DNA of 30,624 nt from Gemmatimonadales bacterium (GTDB lineage Bacteria; Gemmatimonadota; Gemmatimonadetes; Gemmatimonadales; GWC2-71-9), in NCBI GenBank assembly GCA_041577295.1, contig JBFGJG010000049.1, positions 1 through 30,624 on the forward strand, given 5' to 3'. Made by a program: the position numbers and the translations under genes. The stretch's first letter is position 1; the number at the start of each line of letters is the position of its first letter. The notes beneath the pieces are model-generated. The model was not told the DNA's origin. It saw nothing but the letters and a program-made list of their open reading frames with translations, and made no database searches. Of the stretch, positions 7,348-15,017 are shown piece after piece.

Positions 7348-10104
7348 ATGCCAAAAGACCCCTTGAACGGCGTCGGCATTGATTTGGTCGCCGCCGCGGG
7401 GGAAGATACGCGCCCCCCTGTGATGTTTCGTGATAACGTCGTAGAGCGTGTGTTAGGCTCGCTCGACGCGAAGAGATCCGTATTGCTCACTGGGATCGCC
7501 GGGGCCGGAAAGACTGCCGTGGTCCGCGCCGTGGCCACGGCCATGCGCACGAGGCCTCACGGCAAGCTCCGCCAGCTCAGCACATCCGACGTCTTTGCCG
7601 GCACCCGGGGTTACGTGGGCGAGTGGCAGAGTCGCATCCGAAACATCCTCGATGCCGCGCGCGAGACCGGCACCACCCTCTACTTCACCGACCTCCTCAA
7701 CTTGCTCACAGCTGGCGGCACGGTAAAAACCGACGCCACCTTCGCCGATGCCCTGATCCCCGATATGGAGGCGGGCCGGGTGCGATTGCTCGGGGAAGTC
7801 ACCCCGGACGCCCTCCAGGTCCTCGACCGAGTGCAGCCGTTCCGACGGTTGTTCGAAACAATCGTGATCGATCCGCTCACACCCGAGCAGGTCGCCGCCA
7901 CGGTGCGCATGGACGTGGGGCGCAGACAGCTCGCGATGCCGGATGCCGTGCAGCAGGTGGTCATCGAGCTCACCTCCCGGTTCATGGTGAACCGGCCCCA
8001 GCCGGGCCCCGCACTCGACCTGATACGCCAGGTGGCGGACTACGACAAACAAAAACGAGGAGTGGGAGAGCCCGAGGCAATCGATCGGTCGTTTATCGAG
8101 AAGGTGTTCTCCATCTATACCGGATTGCCACGGTTTGTCGTCTCCCGCGAGCAGCGTGTCCTGCGGCGTGAGCTACGGGACAAGCTCCATGCCCGGATCA
8201 TTGGTCAGCAGAGTGCCGTCGAATCCGTCGTCGAAGCCATCACGCTGTACAAGGCGAGCCTGCACGATCCCACTAGACCCATTGGGACGTTTCTCTTCGT
8301 GGGGCCCACTGGCGTGGGCAAGACCGAGCTCGCCCGCGCGCTTGCCGATCTCCTGTTTGGCAGCGGAAACCGCCTGCTCCGGTTCGACCTGTCTGAGTTC
8401 AAGGACTATCACTCGTTCGAGTCGCTGATCGGCGATCCGGAACAGCCGGGACGGGGGGCACGGTTGCTCGACCCCGTACGTTCGCAGCCGTTTCAGGTGA
8501 TCCTGTTCGACGAGTTGGAGAAGGCTCACAGCAACGTGTGGGACCTTTTGCTCCAGCTACTGGATGACGGCCGGCTGACTTCGACCGGTGGGGAAGAGGT
8601 GAGCTTCCGCAATACGTTCATCATCGCCACGTCGAACGTCGGATCCGACGCGGCGACGAAGACAATTGGTTTTGGACTGGACAGCGCGCTGGTGTACGAG
8701 GCGAGTGTCCGCCATGCGCTCGAAGGAGAGTTCCGGCCCGAGTTTCTCAATCGCTTTCAGCACATTGTCATCTTTCACCCGCTGTCACGTGATCAGTTGC
8801 GGATGATTGCGCGCCAAGAGCTGAATCGCATCCTCGCACGGCAGGGCATTGCGGAACGGCAATTGACGGTTGACATCGACGACCAGGCACTCGACCTCGT
8901 AATCGACGGCGGCTACAGCGAGCGCTTCGGTGCCCGGGCCCTCAAACGGGAACTTCAGCGACGCGTGGTACTCCCCGTCGCGACCGTGCTCATGGAGAAA
9001 GAAGTCGAGGAGGGAAGCCTGCTCCGCATCGTGGCCTCTGACGGCGATGTCATGGTTCGCGTGATCGATACCGACGAATCGCGTGCGGCGTGGGAAGCGC
9101 GCCAGCCCATCGAGGTCGCCCTGGGTCGGACCGTCGAGCCACCATCGATACCTGATCTGTTGGATCAGGCCGCCAGCGATCTCGATGGCCTCATCGGCGG
9201 TGTCGATGTGGATGCCCTCCGCTCGCGCCAGCAGGAGCTCGCAGAGGCGCGGCTGGATCCGGATTTCTGGAAGCATTCGGATACTGCGACGCTTGTGATG
9301 CGCGATCTCGATATCTGCTCGCGCGCCATCGATCGGATCGAGCGCCTCAGGCTGCGCGTTGAGGACGCCCGCACCGCGTACGCCCGCGCGAAGTCTCGTC
9401 GCGAGATCGCGCAGGCGGCCCATCGCGCGTCGCAACTAGTCGATTCCGTCGGTGCCGCGCGCCGCGAGCTGGTCGCCATGGGGCACGACGGGTTCTGGGA
9501 CGCGATCGTCCACGTTCGGCCCTTGGGCAACCTCGGCCGGGCGTTACGCGACCTCTTGGTCATCGCATACCGTGACTGGGCCACCCACCGGCGCATGACG
9601 GTGGAGTGGATTGTCGAGCCCACGACGGACGACGAGCCGGCGGCGCTGCTCATCAAAGGTCACTACGCGCACGGGTATCTCGAGCTCGAGCGGGGAATTC
9701 ACCGTGTTAGATCGGCCGGTGGTTCAGGCGCGGTTGCAATCTGGGTGGCGCCCTGGCGGGATCTGCGGGGCTCCCCAACGTTCGTGTCCCAGCGGGCGCT
9801 CAAGGCGCGGGGTCAGTTCGGTGGAAAGATTCGGTCGCGGGTGGAGTGCGCAGAGGGGCTGGTTCTCCAGAACGCACTGACGCTAGACGAGAATCGCCAT
9901 CTCGCAGCCGAGCTGTTGCCTTCCTGGGAGCTCGCGCCGGAGGTGGGTGAGGACATCGTGCGCCGCTACGATCTCAATCCCCTGTACATCCGTGACGCAC
10001 TTACCGGCTTCACGAGCGGGCGTACCAGCGCGCTGGCCCCGGCCGAGCTGCATGAACTGCTGTGTAAACGGGTCGATACGGCTGGGGGGAGATCGCTCGT
10101 TTAG
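7348..10104 (+). CDS. ClpA/ClpB-type double AAA+ ATPase fused to a C-terminal RF2-like (PCRF/RF-1 fold) module
   Basis: D1 Walker A GIAGAGKT; D2 GPTGVGKTE, ILFDELEKAH, FRPEFLNR, FGARALKR. From ~aa 619: LDPDFWK, IKGHYAHGYLELERGIHRV, IVRRYDL...IRDALTG, matching RF2 blocks. Confidence 0.85.
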   Translation: MPKDPLNGVGIDLVAAAGEDTRPPVMFRDNVVERVLGSLDAKRSVLLTGIAGAGKTAVVRAVATAMRTRPHGKLRQLSTSDVFAGTRGYVGEWQSRIRNILDAARETGTTLYFTDLLNLLTAGGTVKTDATFADALIPDMEAGRVRLLGEVTPDALQVLDRVQPFRRLFETIVIDPLTPEQVAATVRMDVGRRQLAMPDAVQQVVIELTSRFMVNRPQPGPALDLIRQVADYDKQKRGVGEPEAIDRSFIEKVFSIYTGLPRFVVSREQRVLRRELRDKLHARIIGQQSAVESVVEAITLYKASLHDPTRPIGTFLFVGPTGVGKTELARALADLLFGSGNRLLRFDLSEFKDYHSFESLIGDPEQPGRGARLLDPVRSQPFQVILFDELEKAHSNVWDLLLQLLDDGRLTSTGGEEVSFRNTFIIATSNVGSDAATKTIGFGLDSALVYEASVRHALEGEFRPEFLNRFQHIVIFHPLSRDQLRMIARQELNRILARQGIAERQLTVDIDDQALDLVIDGGYSERFGARALKRELQRRVVLPVATVLMEKEVEEGSLLRIVASDGDVMVRVIDTDESRAAWEARQPIEVALGRTVEPPSIPDLLDQAASDLDGLIGGVDVDALRSRQQELAEARLDPDFWKHSDTATLVMRDLDICSRAIDRIERLRLRVEDARTAYARAKSRREIAQAAHRASQLVDSVGAARRELVAMGHDGFWDAIVHVRPLGNLGRALRDLLVIAYRDWATHRRMTVEWIVEPTTDDEPAALLIKGHYAHGYLELERGIHRVRSAGGSGAVAIWVAPWRDLRGSPTFVSQRALKARGQFGGKIRSRVECAEGLVLQNALTLDENRHLAAELLPSWELAPEVGEDIVRRYDLNPLYIRDALTGFTSGRTSALAPAELHELLCKRVDTAGGRSLV

Positions 10105-10391
10105 TGCGCCTCGATGTCACCGGTCTCGTCGATAGCCACCACAAAACCCTCGTAGGATTTCGGAATCTGCGCCGTGAGCTCCTGCGTGACACGTGCAACC
10201 ATGACCCGAATGCACGGTTCACCGTCACATTCACCAACGCCGATCCCCGTGACGCCCGGTAGGGACATCACTCGGTCCGCCAACGCTTCTTGAGCCTCTT
10301 CGAGGGTCATCGGGGGTGTCCGTTCCTGCGCACACGCGGAGGACAGCAACGCCGCCACGAAAAACACCCCGGTCCACCCCCGTGAGCGCAT
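10101..10391 (-). CDS. Small lipoprotein resembling the N-terminal domain of the neighbouring Nal1-like protease
   Basis: Lipobox LSSAC; LPGVTGIGVG...PCIRVMV...IPKSYEGFVVAIDETGDI. Confidence 0.8.
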   Translation of the reverse strand: MRSRGWTGVFFVAALLSSACAQERTPPMTLEEAQEALADRVMSLPGVTGIGVGECDGEPCIRVMVARVTQELTAQIPKSYEGFVVAIDETGDIEAH

Positions 10392-10395
10392 GTCG

Positions 10396-10620
10396 TTACT
10401 CGAGTTCCTCCGCGGATATCGTACCCCACTCCTCTAGCACAACGGGGTAACCGCGGAACACGCTCGGTATCCGTCCGGCAAGCTCGAGCGGTGGGCGCGA
10501 GCACCCGACGATGATGCAGTCCTCCCCGTCCAACGTGCCGTCAGCGACGGCCTCGACACCATCGATGCGTAACCACGCAGCACTTGCCTCGTCGATGGCA
10601 CGTAGTAGCTCCCGGTTCAT
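10396..10620 (-). CDS. Small protein without signal peptide, paralog of 10101-10391
   Basis: RBS GGAGGGG; IDGVEAVADG...DCIIVG...IPSVFRGYPVVLEEWGTI. Confidence 0.8.
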   Translation of the reverse strand: MNRELLRAIDEASAAWLRIDGVEAVADGTLDGEDCIIVGCSRPPLELAGRIPSVFRGYPVVLEEWGTISAEELE

Positions 10621-10710
10621 AACATCCCCTCCGGTGGGAGTGGAGTAGGGCGCGCCGCGGCAACTCGGGTACGATAAGCACTACTGAGCACACCTTCCAG
10701 CGGGCGGCAT

Positions 10711-10749
10711 CCGGCGGTCCGCGGCACAGGGCTGTGCCGGGACCGCCGG
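10711..10749. other. Long GC-rich hairpin between the protease and the small paralogs
   Basis: CCGGCGGTCC-g-CGGCACAG-gg-CTGTGCCG-GGACCGCCGG; no U tract. Confidence 0.6.
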
Positions 10750-10855
10750 CGCTCACCACGGGTAGGTCACCTTCGAGCCGCGGATGCACGGTCACGCGAC
10801 CTGACCGGTGCAACCCGTTGATCGACCCGTGTGCTACCGGTGACCCTGATGCAAA

Positions 10856-11944
10856 CTACACGAGCCTGATGCCCAACAGGCTCTGCACGTACATCATATG
10901 GTTGTGGATCGTGACACGATCGGATCCTGCAAACAGCAATCCGACGGCATTCCCACTCATGTCACACAAACAACTGCCTGAGTCTCCAGGAGCAGACATG
11001 TTGGTGGTCACGATCTGCCGTACCATCCGGGCGACACGCCCGCCACCGTAATTCACGTTGACGGTCGCGTTGAGATGGGTCACCCGGCCCGTGGTGTAGT
11101 TCGTCGTCCGCCCGGTCTTGCGGACGTACTCACCTACCGACGTCAGGAAGCGAACACCGGTGAGGTGCCCGATCCAAAAGATCGCCCGGTCGATCTCATG
11201 GAAATCCGCTTCGGCAATGGCCGCGTCGACGAGATTGGGCTGACCATCGAAGCGAATCGGCACGAAACGCGACAATCGAGCAATCACGTCGCGGGGCGCG
11301 CTGCCACCGTCCACCCGACCCGGCTGAAGGATCGGGTCACCCACCCGTGCAGCGTTCGAGTTCGCCAGCACGTGGTTGTTGCTCAGGATGTAGTATCGGG
11401 GTGGCAAGCCGGGGAATGCCCGAGCGTCGTACACCGCCGTGGACATCGTCCCGGCCGTCACACGGAAGTGGCCGAGACTGTACCCGCCTGCTGCGGGGCG
11501 CGCGCGCTGCCGCAGCAGCTGGATCGCCACCTGCTCGTGCAGCTCCTCTTCCGGCTCCACGAACGCGTAGTCGTATGGCTGATACGTCTGGGTCCAGCCG
11601 TTGCGCACCTGCTCGCGGAAGCGTGGGGACTTGGGGAGATCTTTTTGCTCGGTAGCCTGTCGTTCCCGGGGAGGAGTCCGAGTCCCGGTGGCGCCGGCAA
11701 AGATCTCCCCAGTGTCCACCACGTCGAATTCGCGGTCGATCACCTCGTCCCGCGTCAGCAACTCCTTGGGAAGCTTCTGTGACACGAATACCGACAGACA
11801 CGGCTTACCCGTGTCGATACCATCCTTGATGCGATTCCCTATGGCGACACCAACGACGTTTGTCTTCTCAAAGAGACGATCTTGCTGCTCTTCCTGCAGG
11901 GTCGTGAGGGGCTGATAGTCACCCTCCATTTGATACTCTGCCAT
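10856..11944 (-). CDS. Trypsin-like (S1, Nal1-like) serine protease, no signal peptide
   Basis: Catalytic triad LSNNHVL / VDAA / PGDSGS; N-terminal NVVGVAIG domain; RBS AAAGGAG. Confidence 0.9.
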   Translation of the reverse strand: MAEYQMEGDYQPLTTLQEEQQDRLFEKTNVVGVAIGNRIKDGIDTGKPCLSVFVSQKLPKELLTRDEVIDREFDVVDTGEIFAGATGTRTPPRERQATEQKDLPKSPRFREQVRNGWTQTYQPYDYAFVEPEEELHEQVAIQLLRQRARPAAGGYSLGHFRVTAGTMSTAVYDARAFPGLPPRYYILSNNHVLANSNAARVGDPILQPGRVDGGSAPRDVIARLSRFVPIRFDGQPNLVDAAIAEADFHEIDRAIFWIGHLTGVRFLTSVGEYVRKTGRTTNYTTGRVTHLNATVNVNYGGGRVARMVRQIVTTNMSAPGDSGSCLCDMSGNAVGLLFAGSDRVTIHNHMMYVQSLLGIRLV

Positions 11945-11982
11945 GTGGGTAGCTCCTTTCGGTTGACGCTCTGTTGTGCCGC

Positions 11983-12327
11983 TTATGACGCATGACCGAG
12001 TTTGGCGGGGTCACTGGCATGCGCCGCATGGCGCACCGCGCTCACCAGGTCGTCCGGTGAGAGATCCTTTTGAAAGACGGCGACGTGCCGGCCGTCCGGC
12101 GTGATGCCGATGAATGCGGGCTCTGGCCCCGCCTGTATGGCGGTGGAGTCGCGCCCGAATTGCGGGACGCTGGCGACGGTGCTCAGCACGATATCAGCGG
12201 TACCTGCGCTGGCGGCGTCCTGCAGCCGTTCTGCGTATCCGATGATCCGAATGTCCGGTTGGTGACTCAAGGCATCGCGAACGATGCTGCGTAGCATGCC
12301 CGGCAGACCAACCAAGAGAACGCGCAC
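11983..12327 (-). CDS. Degenerate NarL-like receiver-domain protein with no DNA-binding domain
   Basis: VRVLLVGLPGMLRSIVRDALSHQPDIRIIG...SPDDLVSAVR. Acidic pocket and phospho-Asp are not conserved. Start is uncertain (GTG 12327 or upstream). Confidence 0.6.
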   Translation of the reverse strand: MRVLLVGLPGMLRSIVRDALSHQPDIRIIGYAERLQDAASAGTADIVLSTVASVPQFGRDSTAIQAGPEPAFIGITPDGRHVAVFQKDLSPDDLVSAVRHAAHASDPAKLGHAS

Positions 12328-12556
12328 CTGTTCACCACTGCCCGCGGTCGGCACAGCTGCTGCCTCGTTGTAGTGGTAGCGCGAATATTGATAGAGCAGA
12401 GAACGATCGAAATAGACCGTTTTGCTCAAGTAGGATTCACGGCGGGGTCTAGTTCTCTCGAGGTGTACCCGTTTCAGCGCGTGCCGGTGTCACTCGGCGG
12501 AACATCTTGTCCCGTCGGTCAGGAATGAGCGCGCTGAATGGAAACGGCGGGGCTGG

Positions 12557-13222
12557 CTAGCCCGGGGAGGACTGTGCGAGCTCGGCACCGCTCGTCCGGC
12601 TTCGGCGGCGAAACCTGGCTGCCGCTTCACCACGCCGGTGTACGTGAAGCTTCTCGAGGATGTTGTGCACGTGATTCTTCGCAGTGGCCACCTCGATGCC
12701 CAGCGACGCCGCAATCTCCTTGTTCGATTGCCCTTGATCGATGAGATCGAGTACCTCGAACTCGCGCGGTGTCAGGTGAATCCCGCCGCTAATCCGCGGT
12801 CGCTGTGTCGCGAGCTTCGTGACCCTTCGAAGGAGCGCCGCCGCCGCACGTCCCGAACAACGCAGCTCACCACGAGCAACACACTCGAGCGTCTCAACGA
12901 GATCCTCGAACGATCCATGACGGGGGACGAAGCCGGACACACCCGCTTCGGCACACGCGCACAGATCCCGCTCGGTGTCGCTCAATCCGACAGTGACGAT
13001 TTTAACGTTGGCCTGCTGCTTGACGATCGCTCGCACCGCATCGAGTGCATCGGGCATTGCCGTATCCACCAGCACCACCTCGGGCGGTGTTGCTATCACG
13101 GTCTCACGCAGCTCGCTTGCGCTGGCCGCCGCACCAACGATCGTGAACCGGTTTTCGCGGCTCAACAACGCAGCGAGTCCGTCGCGAAACAGCCGAATGT
13201 CACTGGCGACGAGTAGCCGCAT
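12557..13222 (-). CDS. NarL/LuxR-family response regulator
   Basis: Receiver domain (VVLVDTAMP) plus LuxR HTH LTPREFEVL...SNKEIA...TAKNHVHNILEKL; start ATG 13222. Confidence 0.92.
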   Translation of the reverse strand: MRLLVASDIRLFRDGLAALLSRENRFTIVGAAASASELRETVIATPPEVVLVDTAMPDALDAVRAIVKQQANVKIVTVGLSDTERDLCACAEAGVSGFVPRHGSFEDLVETLECVARGELRCSGRAAAALLRRVTKLATQRPRISGGIHLTPREFEVLDLIDQGQSNKEIAASLGIEVATAKNHVHNILEKLHVHRRGEAAARFRRRSRTSGAELAQSSPG

Positions 13223-13415
13223 CGGTGTACCAGGTAGCTGTCGTTTGGGCCGGGGCACCCAAACTGGGGTGTGTGGTTTCCACGAAAGATGGGCTCGCTC
13301 GCGAGGCGAGCGGCCGGGCTGACTGTCTACGAGAAATGAAACGCTAGCGACTCCCCGATGAAAGAGGGGCACTCGCGGTGGGGCGCTATGCCACAGGAAT
13401 ATGTCGTCGTGGATG

Positions 13416-13445
13416 CCGGTTTTGTGATGCGCGTCACAAAACCGG
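13416..13445. promoter_or_regulatory. Perfect 12-bp inverted repeat containing a CRP-type TGTGA-N6-TCACA site
   Basis: CCGGTTTTGTGA-tgcgcg-TCACAAAACCGG, about 200 bp upstream of the LuxR regulator. Confidence 0.55.
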
Positions 13446-13463
13446 GCGGTTAGCGCCCGGTTT
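13434..13463 (-). terminator. Probable intrinsic terminator of the lipoprotein/TPR operon
   Basis: Minus strand AAACCGGGCG-ctaac-CGCCCGGTTTTGTGA, 75 nt after the stop at 13538. Confidence 0.6.
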
Positions 13464-13537
13464 GCATAGCAGCGGGGGATGCGAGCTGTTAGGGGTTGTA
13501 AGCCCCGAGGGGAGGCGTCCGCATGAGCAACGAACCC

Positions 13538-14182
13538 TTACCAGGCAATGGCATAGTTGGAGAAGTGATCGATCGAGACGACCGCTTTGCGGCCTCGCTT
13601 GTCCACCTGCGTGGGTTCGGGTAACCAGGGCTCATCCACGTACGGTTGGTACCACACGTCGAGCAGTCGTGGATCATCGCCGTTCAGTTCGGCAAACCTG
13701 AGATTGAAGCTGAGAGTTGCTGGCTTGTTGCCTACGAAGACGGATCCGTGAGGTCCAAACTGTACGAAGAAGCGTGTCGAATCGATCTCCACGGTAACCT
13801 GTACCGTGTCACCGTAAAATGCGGGGTTGCCGTCGGCATCCATGAACGTGGCGTCCATGGGAACGTCCAGCTTCATGAACCACTCACCCTCATCGACCTC
13901 TGGACTCCAGGGATTGTCGTAGAACACTACAAACGTGCTTGCTTCACCCTGGACCGCGGTAAAGCTGGTGCTGTACGTCGTAAGAGGCGGTGCGTCCGCG
14001 GACTGCACAATGGTCAACGGAGGAACTTCACCCAGAACCTCGGTTGGCTCCGGGTTGGTCTCAGCGTTATTGCCCTTACCACCTTTTGCAAAGTCGGGAG
14101 TTCCGAGCGGTGCGCTCACATCGTTGCACGCGGCGACAAAAAGTCCAGCGACGACGATTGCGAATAAAGATCTCGCTCGCAT
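13538..14182 (-). CDS. Lipoprotein D (type A/D), ZU5-like domain ending HFSNYAIAW
   Basis: RBS GAGGGA, lipobox FVAAC, FGPHGSVF, C-terminal IDHFSNYAIAW*. Confidence 0.85.
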   Translation of the reverse strand: MRARSLFAIVVAGLFVAACNDVSAPLGTPDFAKGGKGNNAETNPEPTEVLGEVPPLTIVQSADAPPLTTYSTSFTAVQGEASTFVVFYDNPWSPEVDEGEWFMKLDVPMDATFMDADGNPAFYGDTVQVTVEIDSTRFFVQFGPHGSVFVGNKPATLSFNLRFAELNGDDPRLLDVWYQPYVDEPWLPEPTQVDKRGRKAVVSIDHFSNYAIAW

Positions 14183-14215
14183 ACGGCTATCCCTCAAAGA
14201 AATCCTGTCCCCTTG

Positions 14216-14920
14216 CTACCAGGAGATTGCGTAGCCGGAGAAGTGTTCGAGATGGGCTTTGAACCACTCGCTCGGCACATCGTGTTCAGCGGGGTGGGTA
14301 TCCCAGGGCTGGCCGATGTCTTCGGTCCAAGCCATGCCGAGCTGGTTGTTCTGAATCGATTCATCGGTCCCGTCCACCGTGCCGTCGCCGTTCAGGTCGT
14401 CCTTGGCGCCGCCATACCACATCTGGAGCTCGGCGGGGGTGCCAAAGGTGAGGCCTGAGGGTTCGAGATGGACGACGATGTCAGTCGGGTTGACCGAGAC
14501 GGTGAGCAAGATGGAGTCGCCCAGGGCGATGGGGCTGCCGTCGGGACGGCTCACGGGATCGCTCACAGCGAAGCGGACGTAGGGGGACTCGGCCGCCCCG
14601 GTCGCGTCGGTGTAGTTGATTTGGACGGTGCGCTGTTCCCCGCGGACGGCCCAGAAGCGAACCTCGTAAGTGTCGAGGCCAATGGAATCGGCGGCGAGGC
14701 GCAAGGGCCCGTCGATGAAGTCGAGGGAGCCGTGCGGGGTTTCGCCGGTGGCGTTGAAGGAGACGGGGCCGTTGGTGGCATCCCACTCGAGGAAGTGGAA
14801 GCTGGGCGCCTCGGGCAGCGGCTCGAAGACGCCGCCGTCAGTACAGCCGAGCGTCAGGGCTCCGGCCATCACCGCCGTCAGCAGGATCCGCGCGCGTGTA
14901 CCGCCCATGCCCGCTACCAT
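14216..14920 (-). CDS. Lipoprotein B2 (type B/C), ZU5-like domain with a DxNxDG Ca-binding loop, ending HFSGYAISW
   Basis: Lipobox LTLGC, LEPSGLTFGTPAEL, DLNGDGTVDGTD; near-identical to 17752-18456. Start at 14920 or 14908. Confidence 0.85.
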   Translation of the reverse strand: MVAGMGGTRARILLTAVMAGALTLGCTDGGVFEPLPEAPSFHFLEWDATNGPVSFNATGETPHGSLDFIDGPLRLAADSIGLDTYEVRFWAVRGEQRTVQINYTDATGAAESPYVRFAVSDPVSRPDGSPIALGDSILLTVSVNPTDIVVHLEPSGLTFGTPAELQMWYGGAKDDLNGDGTVDGTDESIQNNQLGMAWTEDIGQPWDTHPAEHDVPSEWFKAHLEHFSGYAISW

Positions 14921-15017
14921 GCGATGGCGTGGTTGGCGAAGCGGACGCGCTGGCCCATTGGCTGCGGAGCGCGCTTGTCCGTGCGTCGCGGAATCTGCCG
15001 ACCGTGCAATCCTCTCA

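Noticed and set aside
7348..10104. Naming this gene clpA, clpB or prfB
   Set aside because: It lacks the Clp N-domain and ClpB middle domain, and the RF part lacks SPF and GGQ, so it is not an ortholog of any of them.
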